From NCBI GenBank assembly GCA_963747645.1, contig CAVVFW010000003.1, positions 2,764 through 66,763 on the forward strand: 64,000 nt of DNA. The letters run 5' to 3'. Shown here piece by piece: positions 51,001 through 59,713 of the stretch; position 1 is the stretch's first letter; the number at the start of each line of letters is the position of its first letter. The notes below the pieces were generated by a model. That model did no database searches. It saw only the letters and a program-made list of their open reading frames with translations, and had not been told where the DNA came from. This DNA comes from an uncultured delta proteobacterium. Its GTDB lineage: Bacteria > Desulfobacterota > Desulfobaccia > Desulfobaccales > 0-14-0-80-60-11. Both the position numbers and the translations under genes were made by a program.

Positions 51001-51270
51001 GGAGTAGCCGAAGTCCGAGAAGCCCCGCACCGATTTCACCCGGGGGGCGCCCACCATGGCGGTGACGATGGGGTAGGTCACCTGGTCTTCCATGATGTCC
51101 GGGCTGCGGTCCCACCGGGAGTAGATGATCACCTGGGTGTCCGTCAGGTCCGGGACCGCGTCCAGGGTCAAATGCTGCATCGACCACCATCCCATCATGC
51201 AGGCCGCAGCCACGATGATGAAGACAATGATCTTGTTGTGCACCGAAAAATCGATGATCCGGTTAATCAT
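48085..51270 (-). CDS. cusA: CusA/CzcA family heavy-metal efflux RND pump
   Basis: 1061 aa with 12-TM RND architecture and an HME-type N terminus (MINRIIDFSV.NK). Confidence 0.92.
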   Translation of the reverse strand: MINRIIDFSVHNKIIVFIIVAAACMMGWWSMQHLTLDAVPDLTDTQVIIYSRWDRSPDIMEDQVTYPIVTAMVGAPRVKSVRGFSDFGYSYVYVIFEDGTDIYWARSRTLEYLSGVLPRLPAGVRTELGPDATGLGWVFQYALVDPTGKHSLEELRSYQDWYLRYYLKAVPGVAEVAPVGGFARQYQVNVDPNRLQAYNLSINQVVKAVAGGNQEVGGRLIEFGGTEYMVRGRGYARSLKDFENIVLTASPDGTPIRVKDVGRVVMGPDLRRGVTDLDGTGEVVSGIIVMREGQNALDVIDRVKAKIKEIEPGLPAGVQIVPIYDRSDLIQRAIGNMKSTLVEVLITVSLVILIFLWHFPSAIIPVITIPVAVLISFIPFRMMGVTANIMSLGGIIIAVGALVDAAIVMVEQVHKKLERWNLSGRLEDYQEVIIKAVKEVAGPSFFALLVIGVAFLPVLSLESVEGRMFKPLAYTKNLAMLVAAVLAITLDPALRLLFTHVRNFNFRPPWLCRITNAVAVGTIYPEEKHPISRRLIRFYEPLVTWSLRRKWWVIGGALALVLITLPVYAHLGSEFMPPLEEGAILYMPSTMPGISIGEAQKLLQVTDRIIKGFPEVDRVLGKAGRAETSTDPAPVSMLETLITLKPKAQWRPHLTQDELITEMNEALKLPGLANSWTMPIKGRIEMLSTGLRTPIGIKISGADVKTIETIGSRIESLLPAVKGTRSVFAERTGTGYFLDFDWRREELARYGLSIAEVQEVISSAIGGENVTTTVEGRERYGVNVRYQRDFRSDFSALERILVPADNGKRQIPLGQLASIKTVSGPAMIRDEDGLLTGYVYIDIAGRDPNGYVEAAAALLKDKLKLPPGYAISWSGQYEAAQRVKERLLLVVPLTLFLIFLLLYMNTRSITKTMLIILAVPFSAVGAIWFLYLLGYNMSIAVWVGLIALLGVDAETGIFMLLYLDLAYAQAKAEGRLRNLPELHAAIVDGAAKRIRPKFMTAATLLLGLIPIMWATGTGADVMKRIAAPMIGGIFTSFLLELMVYPAIYEIWKWNFEVKKEV

Positions 51271-51271
51271 G

Positions 51272-53707
51272 CTACCGCCCTTCGGTCTGGGGCAGGACTG
51301 GGGGGGCTACCGATTTAGGAGTCACCATCCTTCCGCCTCTGAACCTCCCATCTTTTCCGGGGATGATGGACGGCATCGGCTGCTGCGAAATCAAGCCGCC
51401 TTCGGGGGTTTTGTTTAGATAGCGCTTGGGGTCTTTGTCAAACTCCTGCTTGCATCGTTGGGAGCAGAAAGAGTAGGTCTTTCCCTGGTAAACGCTTTTT
51501 TGGATCACGCCGCGAGTTACACCCCGCCTCACCTCTTTGCCACAAACCGGGTCTCTGACCTCGGCCGCTAACCCTTTGGTGGTCCCGGGTGGACTTGTCG
51601 GCCCCGGAGCCAGGGGTTGAGCCTGGGGTTTCCTCATGTCCAGACCGGGCGCGGGGCTCGTTTCAGGGCTAGCCGCCGCCGGCCCCGAGCCAGGGACGGC
51701 CTTGATGGCGTACTTTCCGGGGTCTCGCTCAAACTCCCGCTTGCACTCGTCGGAGCAAAAATAATAGAGCTTCCCCTGATATGCAGATTTATAGGTCAGG
51801 GCTCGGACGACCTCCTCACCCAGCTTCATGCCGCAAACCGGGTCTTTGTCCGTCACCGGGGTATTATGCAAGTTCTCGGGCAGATTAGCTTTTCGACCGC
51901 TTTCCAAGTTTGTTGCCGGTTGGTGTGCCTCACTCTGGCCGGGTTGCAGTTCCATGGGTTTCTTCAGTTCCGTTTTGGCCGCCGGACTCTCGGCCGGAAG
52001 CGGGACAGCTGGCTTGTTGGCATACTCTTTGGGGGCTTTATCAAACTGTTCCATGCTGGAGTAATGGCGGAAGTAATACGTTTTGCCCTCATACTCTCTT
52101 TTTAAACCCAAGGTCGCAGCATAACCGACGTCCACCTCAAGGTTGCTGACGGGGTCCCTGGCGCTGGCCGACTCGGCGGCCTTTTTGACGCCGTCGTCAC
52201 TGCCAGCGGACTTTGGGGCCTCTCCCGCTTTCCCCGCATAGCGTCCCGGATTCTTTGCGAAATGCTCTTTGCATCCCTCTGAGCAGAAATAATAGGTCTG
52301 ATTTTCGAAAGTGCTTTTGAAACCCGTGGCCTTGGCCTTGCTCTCATCCACCTTGAGCCCGCAGACCGGGTCCTTGGTGACCGCGCCGAACATCCCGGCA
52401 GCCGCCAGCCTCATCCGGCTCTCGGAGTCGATGAGGAAATTTCCCGAGATGACGATCTTTTCCCCCGGCTCGAGGCCCTTGACGATCTCCACCCGGTCAC
52501 CGAAGCGCCAACCAATGGTCACTTCCCGGGGCTCGAAGTATCCATCGCCCCGATCCACCCACACGATCTTTTTGAGTCCGGTGTCAAGGAGCGCGTCCGC
52601 CGGCACCGTCATGGCCGCCGGCAGGTCCACCGGAAACTCCAGGTCCACGAACATGTCGGGCCTGAGGGCATAATCGAGGTTGTCAATCTCCAGGCGCACT
52701 TTATAGGTTCGGGTGACCGGGTCGACCTGGGGCAGGATATCGCTCACCCTGCCCCAAAGGGTTTGGTGATCGTTGGGCAGAGTTACCCGCACCTTAACCC
52801 CGGGGAGAGCATATTTTGCTTCATTGTCATACAGGTCTGCCAGGATCCAGACATGGCTCAAATCCGCCAGCTTGTAAAAATCCTCATTCCGGGTGAACTT
52901 TTGTCCCTCGGAGACGTTCCGGTTCAGGATAAAACTCGTTACCGGGGCGCTGATGAGAATATTCTGAGTGAGCAGGCGGGTCCGGCCCAGTTCCTTGATC
53001 TGCAACTTGCTCATGCCCAGGTTTTCCAGGTTTTCCTCGGCCCCCCGTATCTGGGCGCTGGTGGTGACCAGCTGACTCTCAACTGACTGCCCGGCTGTTC
53101 TGATGCGGTCCAGGGCGCCCAGGGCGTAAAAATAGGCCTGCTCGGCGGTGATAAAGTCCCGGCTGTAGAAGGAGAGCAGCGGCTCGTCCTTCATGACCAG
53201 GCTGCCGGTAGAGTTGTCGAAAATTTTCAGGACCCAGCCATCCACGAAGGCATTGAGCCGGTAGATCCGGGTCTCGTCAACGGCCACCCTTCCCAGGGCG
53301 CGCAGGGTGTGTTTGAAAGGGGCTTTCTCCACCACCCCTAGCCGCACCCCGATGAGCTGCTGTTTCTGGGAGGTCACCTTGACCGCCCCGGGCGGCAGGT
53401 TGGCGGGCGGGACCTCCTGGCCCTCGTCGGCATAGACCGGCTCCATCTTCATGCCGCAGGGGGCCAGACCCGGCTTAGGCGACGTGTGCGCCGGGTTCAT
53501 GGGGTCAACATAGTGGAGAATACGCCGGCCATTGGCAGGTCCCGACCGGCTGGTTTTGCGGGAGCCATACCACGAACCGGCCAGAAAGGCGGTCAGAATC
53601 ACCACGAATACTATGAGGTATAGCGGTTTCTGGGTCAGGAGCCGGTAATAACCGGCCCATTTTGGACGGGCCTTGCTATTGCCGTCCTTCGAGGGGTCTG
53701 GTTGCAT
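51272..53707 (-). CDS. cusB: CusB-like periplasmic adaptor with an N-terminal metal-binding motif and four C-terminal YHS/TRASH domains
   Basis: YVDPMNPAHTS..CGMKM, then an MFP barrel/lipoyl region, then four DPV(C/S)G..Y.G..Y(Y/S)F(C/R)... repeats. Three have the Cys triad and one is degenerate. Confidence 0.85.
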   Translation of the reverse strand: MQPDPSKDGNSKARPKWAGYYRLLTQKPLYLIVFVVILTAFLAGSWYGSRKTSRSGPANGRRILHYVDPMNPAHTSPKPGLAPCGMKMEPVYADEGQEVPPANLPPGAVKVTSQKQQLIGVRLGVVEKAPFKHTLRALGRVAVDETRIYRLNAFVDGWVLKIFDNSTGSLVMKDEPLLSFYSRDFITAEQAYFYALGALDRIRTAGQSVESQLVTTSAQIRGAEENLENLGMSKLQIKELGRTRLLTQNILISAPVTSFILNRNVSEGQKFTRNEDFYKLADLSHVWILADLYDNEAKYALPGVKVRVTLPNDHQTLWGRVSDILPQVDPVTRTYKVRLEIDNLDYALRPDMFVDLEFPVDLPAAMTVPADALLDTGLKKIVWVDRGDGYFEPREVTIGWRFGDRVEIVKGLEPGEKIVISGNFLIDSESRMRLAAAGMFGAVTKDPVCGLKVDESKAKATGFKSTFENQTYYFCSEGCKEHFAKNPGRYAGKAGEAPKSAGSDDGVKKAAESASARDPVSNLEVDVGYAATLGLKREYEGKTYYFRHYSSMEQFDKAPKEYANKPAVPLPAESPAAKTELKKPMELQPGQSEAHQPATNLESGRKANLPENLHNTPVTDKDPVCGMKLGEEVVRALTYKSAYQGKLYYFCSDECKREFERDPGKYAIKAVPGSGPAAASPETSPAPGLDMRKPQAQPLAPGPTSPPGTTKGLAAEVRDPVCGKEVRRGVTRGVIQKSVYQGKTYSFCSQRCKQEFDKDPKRYLNKTPEGGLISQQPMPSIIPGKDGRFRGGRMVTPKSVAPPVLPQTEGR

Positions 53708-53802
53708 GTTGCTCAGCGCTCTCCGATAAATTCCGCCCCTAAGTCGCGGAAGACCGGCCCCGGCGCCTTAGCGCCGGGGCCGGCTGGATTGAACCTGCCA
53801 AT

Positions 53803-56022
53803 TTAATTTTTCTTCCCTGAGGACTTGGTCTTTTTAACCGTAGCCGCACCCGGCGCCTTCAGGGTTGAGCCCGACGCAGCCACTGGGTTGGTGACTATCA
53901 GGGCGTGCATCATGTCGTGCTCTTCGTGTTCCAGGATGTGGCAGTGCCACACGTACTCGTTGGCGTTGGGAATACCCGCGGTTGCAAGCCTCGGGCTTGG
54001 GGGTATCGTGAGCCCAGCAGGGATGCTCGCATTTTGGTAAACTGACATATCGGGTAGATCAAACTTGGCGATCAACGTGATCACCTCGCCGGGGTTCATC
54101 TTGACCGTTTCCTTCCAGCCCCGCTCGTTCAGGTCCGGTCCCCGGGCCGGGCCGGTGTAGATGATAGTCGGGTAAGGCGCCGGATCAAACGGCTGCCGGG
54201 AAATGATCTGCCAGTTGACCAGGTGGATGTGCATGGGATGGGTGTCGCCGGTGAGGTTGGCAATGCGCCAGACCTGGTAATCCCCGGCCGCAACGATCTG
54301 GGCCGCGCCCGGAATACTCGGCGAAGCCAGATAGGGGATACCGAAAGTTCCATCGCCTTGGAGAACGGTGCCGCCGACCATCTGGATCAGACGCCCGAAT
54401 GTATCCGCACCTTCGTTCAGGCTTATGTCCATCGACGTCTGCCCCGCGGCCTGGGCGACGATGGAGGGCGGATCCAGGGCCGGCAGCACCAATGCCGCCG
54501 GACGGTCCGGCGCGCCCTTACGCGGCCTCACGATGATTTGCATGATGGTCCGGGTGTTGGGACCAAAGCCCGGGTCCGTCGTGACCGGGTTCGGGCTGCC
54601 GGGGTAATAGTCGGTGGTATCATCCCCCCCGGGGAAGGGCGCCGCGGCGTCATTGTACAGGAGAAGTTTAGTGTTGGCTGGCACGGTGGAGAAATCGACG
54701 ATCCATTCGGCGCGCTCCGCCGGCGCCAATAAGAGCGTGTTGAGGGGCGTATTGCCGGTCAGGGTCACCGGTGCGGGCAAAAAGCCCCCTTCCGTGGCGT
54801 ATTGGACGAAGGCCGGCCCCACCGTGGGGTTGGCGTAACCGTTCAAGGGTTCGCCGGGGACACTGGGGTCCTCAAGAACCAGCCTGAGCCTCAGGAACCG
54901 GGCGTTGCAGGCGTTCAGGGCCATAAACCGGTACTTCCGCTGCTCCACCTCGACATAGGGGTAAACCAGGCCGTTGACCAGCATGGTGTCCCCGAAGAAT
55001 TCCGGCACACACGAGGGGAGGGGAAGATCAACGGTAGTCGGGGGCGGTCCGTCATAAACACTGGGATACCACAAATCGCCGGGGCCACCGCGGCCCCCAT
55101 TGAGGAGGTCGGGATTTCCAGTTGGCGGTATGAAGGTCTTGTCCTGGAAGACCAGGGGGATGAGCCGGCCCAGCGGGGGGATCTTCCCGGCAGTCTCCAG
55201 CGCTGCCACCTCAGCATCCCGGATATAGTAGCCGGTGGCGATCCCGGCATAGGCGTTCAGGCGGGTGATGCCCAGGGCATGGTCGTGGTACCACATCAGC
55301 CGGTAGCTCTGGTCGTTGGGGTAGAGGTAGTCGGCCTGGCCTTGCACCATGGTATTGTAGCCCGGCAACGAGTCCAGATACCCGGCGGGGCCGTTCAGAA
55401 AACTGGTGCCCTGGGCGTAGTTAGGCCCCGCGGGGGTCCACCAGTCAAAGGGGCCGCCGTCACTGATCCAGGGAATTAACCCGCCGTGGAGATGCACCGC
55501 AGCCCGGTTCTCGGCCTGGCCGGTTCCGGCTCCGGGAAGGCTGATGTCCACCGGCAGGATGTGGGTTCCCGGCAGGGCGTTGGTAAACCGGATGCGCACC
55601 GGGGTGTGTCGGTTGGCGATAATCAGGCCGCCGATATGGGTCTGTGGCACCGCGTTAGCCAGGGTATCCCGATAGCCCCACAGGGTGGTGCCGGCAAAGC
55701 CGGGTATATAGGCGGGCTTTGATGGGTCGACGAAATCCGGATGCAGGACCTGGTTGAACTGGCCGATGGTCACCTGATAGTAATCCGTGCCGGTAAAATA
55801 CGGATCATCGCTCCTCGTCGGCATCTGGATCAGCGGCTGGCCAGGCGCCTGGGGCAGAGCGGGCAGCGTGGGCAGCATTTGATTGAATTTCGTCAGTGCC
55901 GGGCTGTTGGCCACGGCCCAGGCTTGGGACAGGCCCACTCCCTTCTTAAGGCTGAACTTCAATGGCAGGGCGCCCATAACTCCGGCTGCGCCCATAATCT
56001 TCAAGAATTTTCTTCGCTCCAT
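53803..56022 (-). CDS. Tat-exported multicopper oxidase
   Basis: MERRKFLKIMG signal and copper ligand motifs HLHGG, WYHDHA, HPMHIHL, HCHILEHEEHDMM. Confidence 0.9.
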   Translation of the reverse strand: MERRKFLKIMGAAGVMGALPLKFSLKKGVGLSQAWAVANSPALTKFNQMLPTLPALPQAPGQPLIQMPTRSDDPYFTGTDYYQVTIGQFNQVLHPDFVDPSKPAYIPGFAGTTLWGYRDTLANAVPQTHIGGLIIANRHTPVRIRFTNALPGTHILPVDISLPGAGTGQAENRAAVHLHGGLIPWISDGGPFDWWTPAGPNYAQGTSFLNGPAGYLDSLPGYNTMVQGQADYLYPNDQSYRLMWYHDHALGITRLNAYAGIATGYYIRDAEVAALETAGKIPPLGRLIPLVFQDKTFIPPTGNPDLLNGGRGGPGDLWYPSVYDGPPPTTVDLPLPSCVPEFFGDTMLVNGLVYPYVEVEQRKYRFMALNACNARFLRLRLVLEDPSVPGEPLNGYANPTVGPAFVQYATEGGFLPAPVTLTGNTPLNTLLLAPAERAEWIVDFSTVPANTKLLLYNDAAAPFPGGDDTTDYYPGSPNPVTTDPGFGPNTRTIMQIIVRPRKGAPDRPAALVLPALDPPSIVAQAAGQTSMDISLNEGADTFGRLIQMVGGTVLQGDGTFGIPYLASPSIPGAAQIVAAGDYQVWRIANLTGDTHPMHIHLVNWQIISRQPFDPAPYPTIIYTGPARGPDLNERGWKETVKMNPGEVITLIAKFDLPDMSVYQNASIPAGLTIPPSPRLATAGIPNANEYVWHCHILEHEEHDMMHALIVTNPVAASGSTLKAPGAATVKKTKSSGKKN

Positions 56023-56194
56023 GATGCACCCCCTGGTATCGTGATAAGGGTTGATTATTTCCGCCCCTCAGGGCGGTGCTGCGTCGAGGCTGTTGCCGTC
56101 AACCGGGCCAGAATGCGGTTACCTCCAGCGAGTTAAACCGGTTCAGATCGTACGCCAGCCAGCCACATTTTACTGAGCTCAGGGCGGAGGCGAG

Positions 56195-57015
56195 TTACCC
56201 TCTCAGCCTCCGCCTCGCCACCACCAGGCCCACCAGCCCGCTGCCGAACAGCCACACGGACGGAGGCAGGGGCACCGTGGAAGAGGCGCCTTCAACGCTG
56301 GCGTTCAAGGTAAAGTCCAGATACACAGTTTCCCCTACAGTCAAGTTGGTCAGGTTAAAGGTAAATCCGGTCAAGGCGTTGCCGGGGGTGGAAAAAGTCC
56401 CAAAGGGGTCGGTCGGTTCACTAACCAATAAATTTTGGTAATTGAAGTTGTCTCCGGCGAGTACCCGTGACCCACTTGCCTATAGCCACTAAAGAAACGG
56501 TGGTATTGAGATTGGAATACCCGTTTAAAAGATAAAAAACGGTATTGCTGGATTGATTCACCGCGTAACTCAGAGATTGAGCCCCGGGAGTGATGGTAAT
56601 CGAGGCAGTACGCGGCGTCCGCCATAAACTCCAGGTAGAGATAATTTAGTGTAGACTGCGAGATGCTGCCGAAGGGACTCGGAGCGGCGCTTGACATGCC
56701 GAGACTCATGCCAAAAGAACCGACAAAGGTGGTTGTGGCCGTAGTGGCTCCCATCGGGGCAATTCCTGCAACGGTGGCCGCAGTGCCGGATACGTCCGAA
56801 AAGTCGCTGTTATTGGTAAACGCTATGCTACTAACCTCGCCATAGGCGGTGGCAGAGGCAGACGCATAGGTATTGGCCGGAACCAGCGTCAGCCCGGTTC
56901 CAGAAATACCCAGGTCCAGGCTCTGAGTCAGCGAGACGTTGCTCGCCAGGGCCGGCGCCGCCGCCAAAACCAGGCTCAGGGCCAACAACAACAAAAGCAA
57001 TCGATTGTGTTTCAT
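56195..57015 (-). pseudogene. PEP-CTERM-anchored secreted protein with two frame breaks (about 56607 and about 56462)
   Basis: Signal peptide MKHNRLLLLLLALSLVLAAAPALA at the 5' end. The C-terminal VPLPPSVWLFGSGLVGLVVARRRLRG (PEP-CTERM) is in another frame. The middle piece (TASITITPGAQSLSYAVNQ...) is in the third frame. Confidence 0.7.
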
Positions 57016-57043
57016 AATACCTCCATTTCAAGTTATTGCCTTG

Positions 57044-57061
57044 CCAGGTACCGGTACCTGG
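57044..57061. promoter_or_regulatory. perfect 18-bp palindrome upstream of the PEP-CTERM gene
   Basis: CCAGGTACCGGTACCTGG, 29 nt upstream of ATG 57015 (minus strand). Confidence 0.4.
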
Positions 57062-57684
57062 GGCTAATTATCCCCCGCTCCTGCGGGTGGTAAGGACCTC
57101 AATTGGCCCCCTAAATAGTGGTTGAAGAATCCAGACCGGCGTGTTGACAACGCCGGTTAGAGATTTGGAGCCACCTCCCCTGAGAAGGGAGCCGAACCTC
57201 GAGACTCCTCTGTTGGTCCCATCCACACCTGAGAATGCCCCCCGCTGCCGCGCCCCGGAATTAGTTATTGTCGACCTGCCAAGTATGAAATAACCAGTTT
57301 TATTTTAAGCGATTATCGAATTCTATGTTTTGTCAGTATTATAATCGGGGAGGGGACTCTGTCAATAGGCATACTATTCCCGAAATTATAAAGGTTAAAC
57401 GGACCTCCAAAAATCCTCAAGCTTTAACCAGCTGAATTAATATGCAATTTAACCTAGCACCACATGAATCCTTTTGACGGGTCTCAGTCGGATTGTTGGA
57501 GGGCGGTACCGCGGTTATTTCTGTCAACACATTTAGATCATTAGGTAATTACAACATCACTCTCAAGAGCCCACGCCTCCGTCGCTCCTCCTTGACATAG
57601 CATATATCAGGTAACCTAATTGATTTATTGATAAATAAGCTAATTACCCAAAAGCTGGAAAATCATGTAGCCCCTTTCATTATG

Positions 57685-57750
57685 AATAGGTAAAAGTGCC
57701 TAGTCTGAAATAGGTAAAAGTGCCTAGTCCTAAACCAAGCGAAAGTGCCT
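57685..57750 (+). repeat. iterated 21-bp direct repeats (two exact, one partial) with about 24-bp spacing
   Basis: AATAGGTAAAAGTGCCTAGTC occurs at 57685..57705 and 57709..57729. The core AAAGTGCCT recurs at 57742..57750. An inverted copy, GACTAGGCAC, lies at 57868..57877. Confidence 0.85.
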
Positions 57751-58341
57751 CAATTCGCCCCGTGGACTCAACCCCCTGGCCTGATACAACCCGGAACGGT
57801 GTGGACCTCACGAACTGCGGCCGGGGCAGGCTGATCCGCCGCCGGTTGATCGTGGTCCCTCACTTTAGACTAGGCACCTTTCTCGGCAGCAGAAATACCA
57901 CGGGGTTCTACCGGCAATGCCAGGGGGGAAATTCCCTTGGTAAAGCACCCTTTCAATCCTCAAATTTGCACGATCAGCACCTACCCTTAGGGGGACCCCA
58001 GGGGGTATGCCGCTCGATGGCGTTTTGGAGCGTGGGGGACCCATAAGGACTAGACGCCACGGCCCTAGTTTATTGGGCAACAAGCCAGGCTTAAGGGATG
58101 AATTCCACGAGCGCAGCTTGCCTCCCCAGGAACCCTCTTTACCGCATTCTCCTTGACTCTACTGGTCGGAATTCGGGAGCACTATGGGAGCACTTTCCTG
58201 CCCGGAAGGGGGTAAAATGGAGGTATTTGGGGTAGCATCAAGTAAATGAGGCCTTGAACCTAACTCGTTGATGAACCTAAAAAAGCCAGTGTTTTCCCGT
58301 CTCTGCCGTTTTCAGATTAAGGGACTGTTAACCACCTCGTC

Positions 58342-58369
58342 GGCGGTTCGAGTCCGTCCCGGGGAGCCA
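58342..58369 (+). other. tRNA 3'-end-like fragment (T arm + acceptor strand + GCCA), with no matching 5' half
   Basis: GGCGG-TTCGAGT-CCGTC, then CCGGGGA, then G-CCA. The T loop fits the TTCRANN pattern. The required 5' strand TCCCCGG and the D and anticodon arms are not found upstream. Confidence 0.5.
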
Positions 58370-59713
58370 GTAATAGCGAGGGCTTGGCTATTGGGCCAGG
58401 CCCTTTTCTTAGCTTGATGAATAACTGGCTGATTATATCCAACTAGATTTTGCGGCCTACCCGAGACCTGATATCCAGGCCCCATCTGGCACGTGTCATA
58501 TTCCCGCGATAAGTGACGAAGCTAGCAAATGATCAGCTGGAAGGGGTTGGTATGGCAGGCTTTTTTGAAGAGATCTCTCCCCCAGAAATTTGTGCTGAGA
58601 TGCGTCCCAAAAGAGATCTGGATTAGCGGGAGGAATTTTTTGAGGTTTGAACTCAGGAGAGAGGCTCTCAAATCCATGTTTTGGTGCGATGGCCAAGGCT
58701 GCCTCATAATTTCAGTTAATACATCCAACCATCCATGGTCTAATCATTAAAGGGGTTGCGATCCTCAATTAATTTTAACCCCTGACGGTTTGTTCCGTTG
58801 CAAAAAGGATGAGAACTATGGATGCTTCTTTCTTCATCAGCTTCTGCCTTGTTTTCGCCGGTGGTTTATTTGCCTTAGTATGCTGCATACTAAGCTTGGT
58901 GTTCCCTTCCCAAAAGGGACAAGTATTGTTTGATTTTTTATCCTGGCCGCATCATAAGCTGCTAACCATGCCCGCAGGGTCGCCCTCAAGACCTGCGTAA
59001 CATTGCGGGCAATCGCCTAACGGCCACTGATACACCAGGCTTTAGCTGTGGAAGGCGGGGTTCCCCCGGTCGGCTGAATTCCTCGCATCATTCCGCTGCT
59101 GAGCCGCTGATTCCAGACCCCAACCCGGACCAACGCATGGCCTGCGGCATAATCTCTGGTGATTTTAGTCAATGGGGGAGAAAAGGCGCTTGGTTGACGA
59201 TGGTGGCGAGGGCTTCCTCTTACATCGGCTTCGGGACACCGATGCAACGACGGACCAGGGTCTTAGGGTTATTGCTGGTTATGTTCCATTGTATCCGAAG
59301 ACCATATCAGTGAAAAATATGCTGCGCTATCGATGTGGCGGTTTAAAACCCTTCTGACCAATATTATTGCAATAGCCCAATAAATCCCTATCCCTAAGCA
59401 TACTCCCAAAAAGAGTAACCACATTGTGCCCTCTCCTTTGTGTCTAATCATAAGGGAAGAGGATGGTTATGAAAATCAGGGAAATCCCAGTTTTAGGCGT
59501 TGAAAGACCTGAAATTTTCCCGATTACTGCCTAAAAGGGGCAGGTCAGTGGCGCCTGGATAACGCCAGGGGACCCTGTGCCGGGGCCGAAGCCGACCCCG
59601 TGAGATCAGAGCCTCGACAAACTCACCAAAGCCCACAATTCCTTCCCGCTCACGGCGCAGAAGACGCGCCTGGGCCGGTGCCCGCTGCCGCCTTTTTCTG
59701 AAAAACCTGGGGG

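Noticed and set aside
57720-58046. ORF 57720..58046 (plus strand, 108 aa) as a real gene in the repeat region.
   Set aside because: It starts inside the 21-bp repeat, has no SD and has an odd composition. It more likely reflects a chance open frame in non-coding DNA.
58118-58369. A tmRNA or a complete long-arm tRNA (Sec, Leu or Ser) ending at 58369.
   Set aside because: - There is no GGGG 5' end and no ACCA 3' end.
- No tag-peptide reading frame ending in ..LAA-stop was found.
- The only upstream complement (CTCCCCAGG at 58118) has a mismatch and is about 240 nt away.
- No D arm or anticodon arm could be folded.
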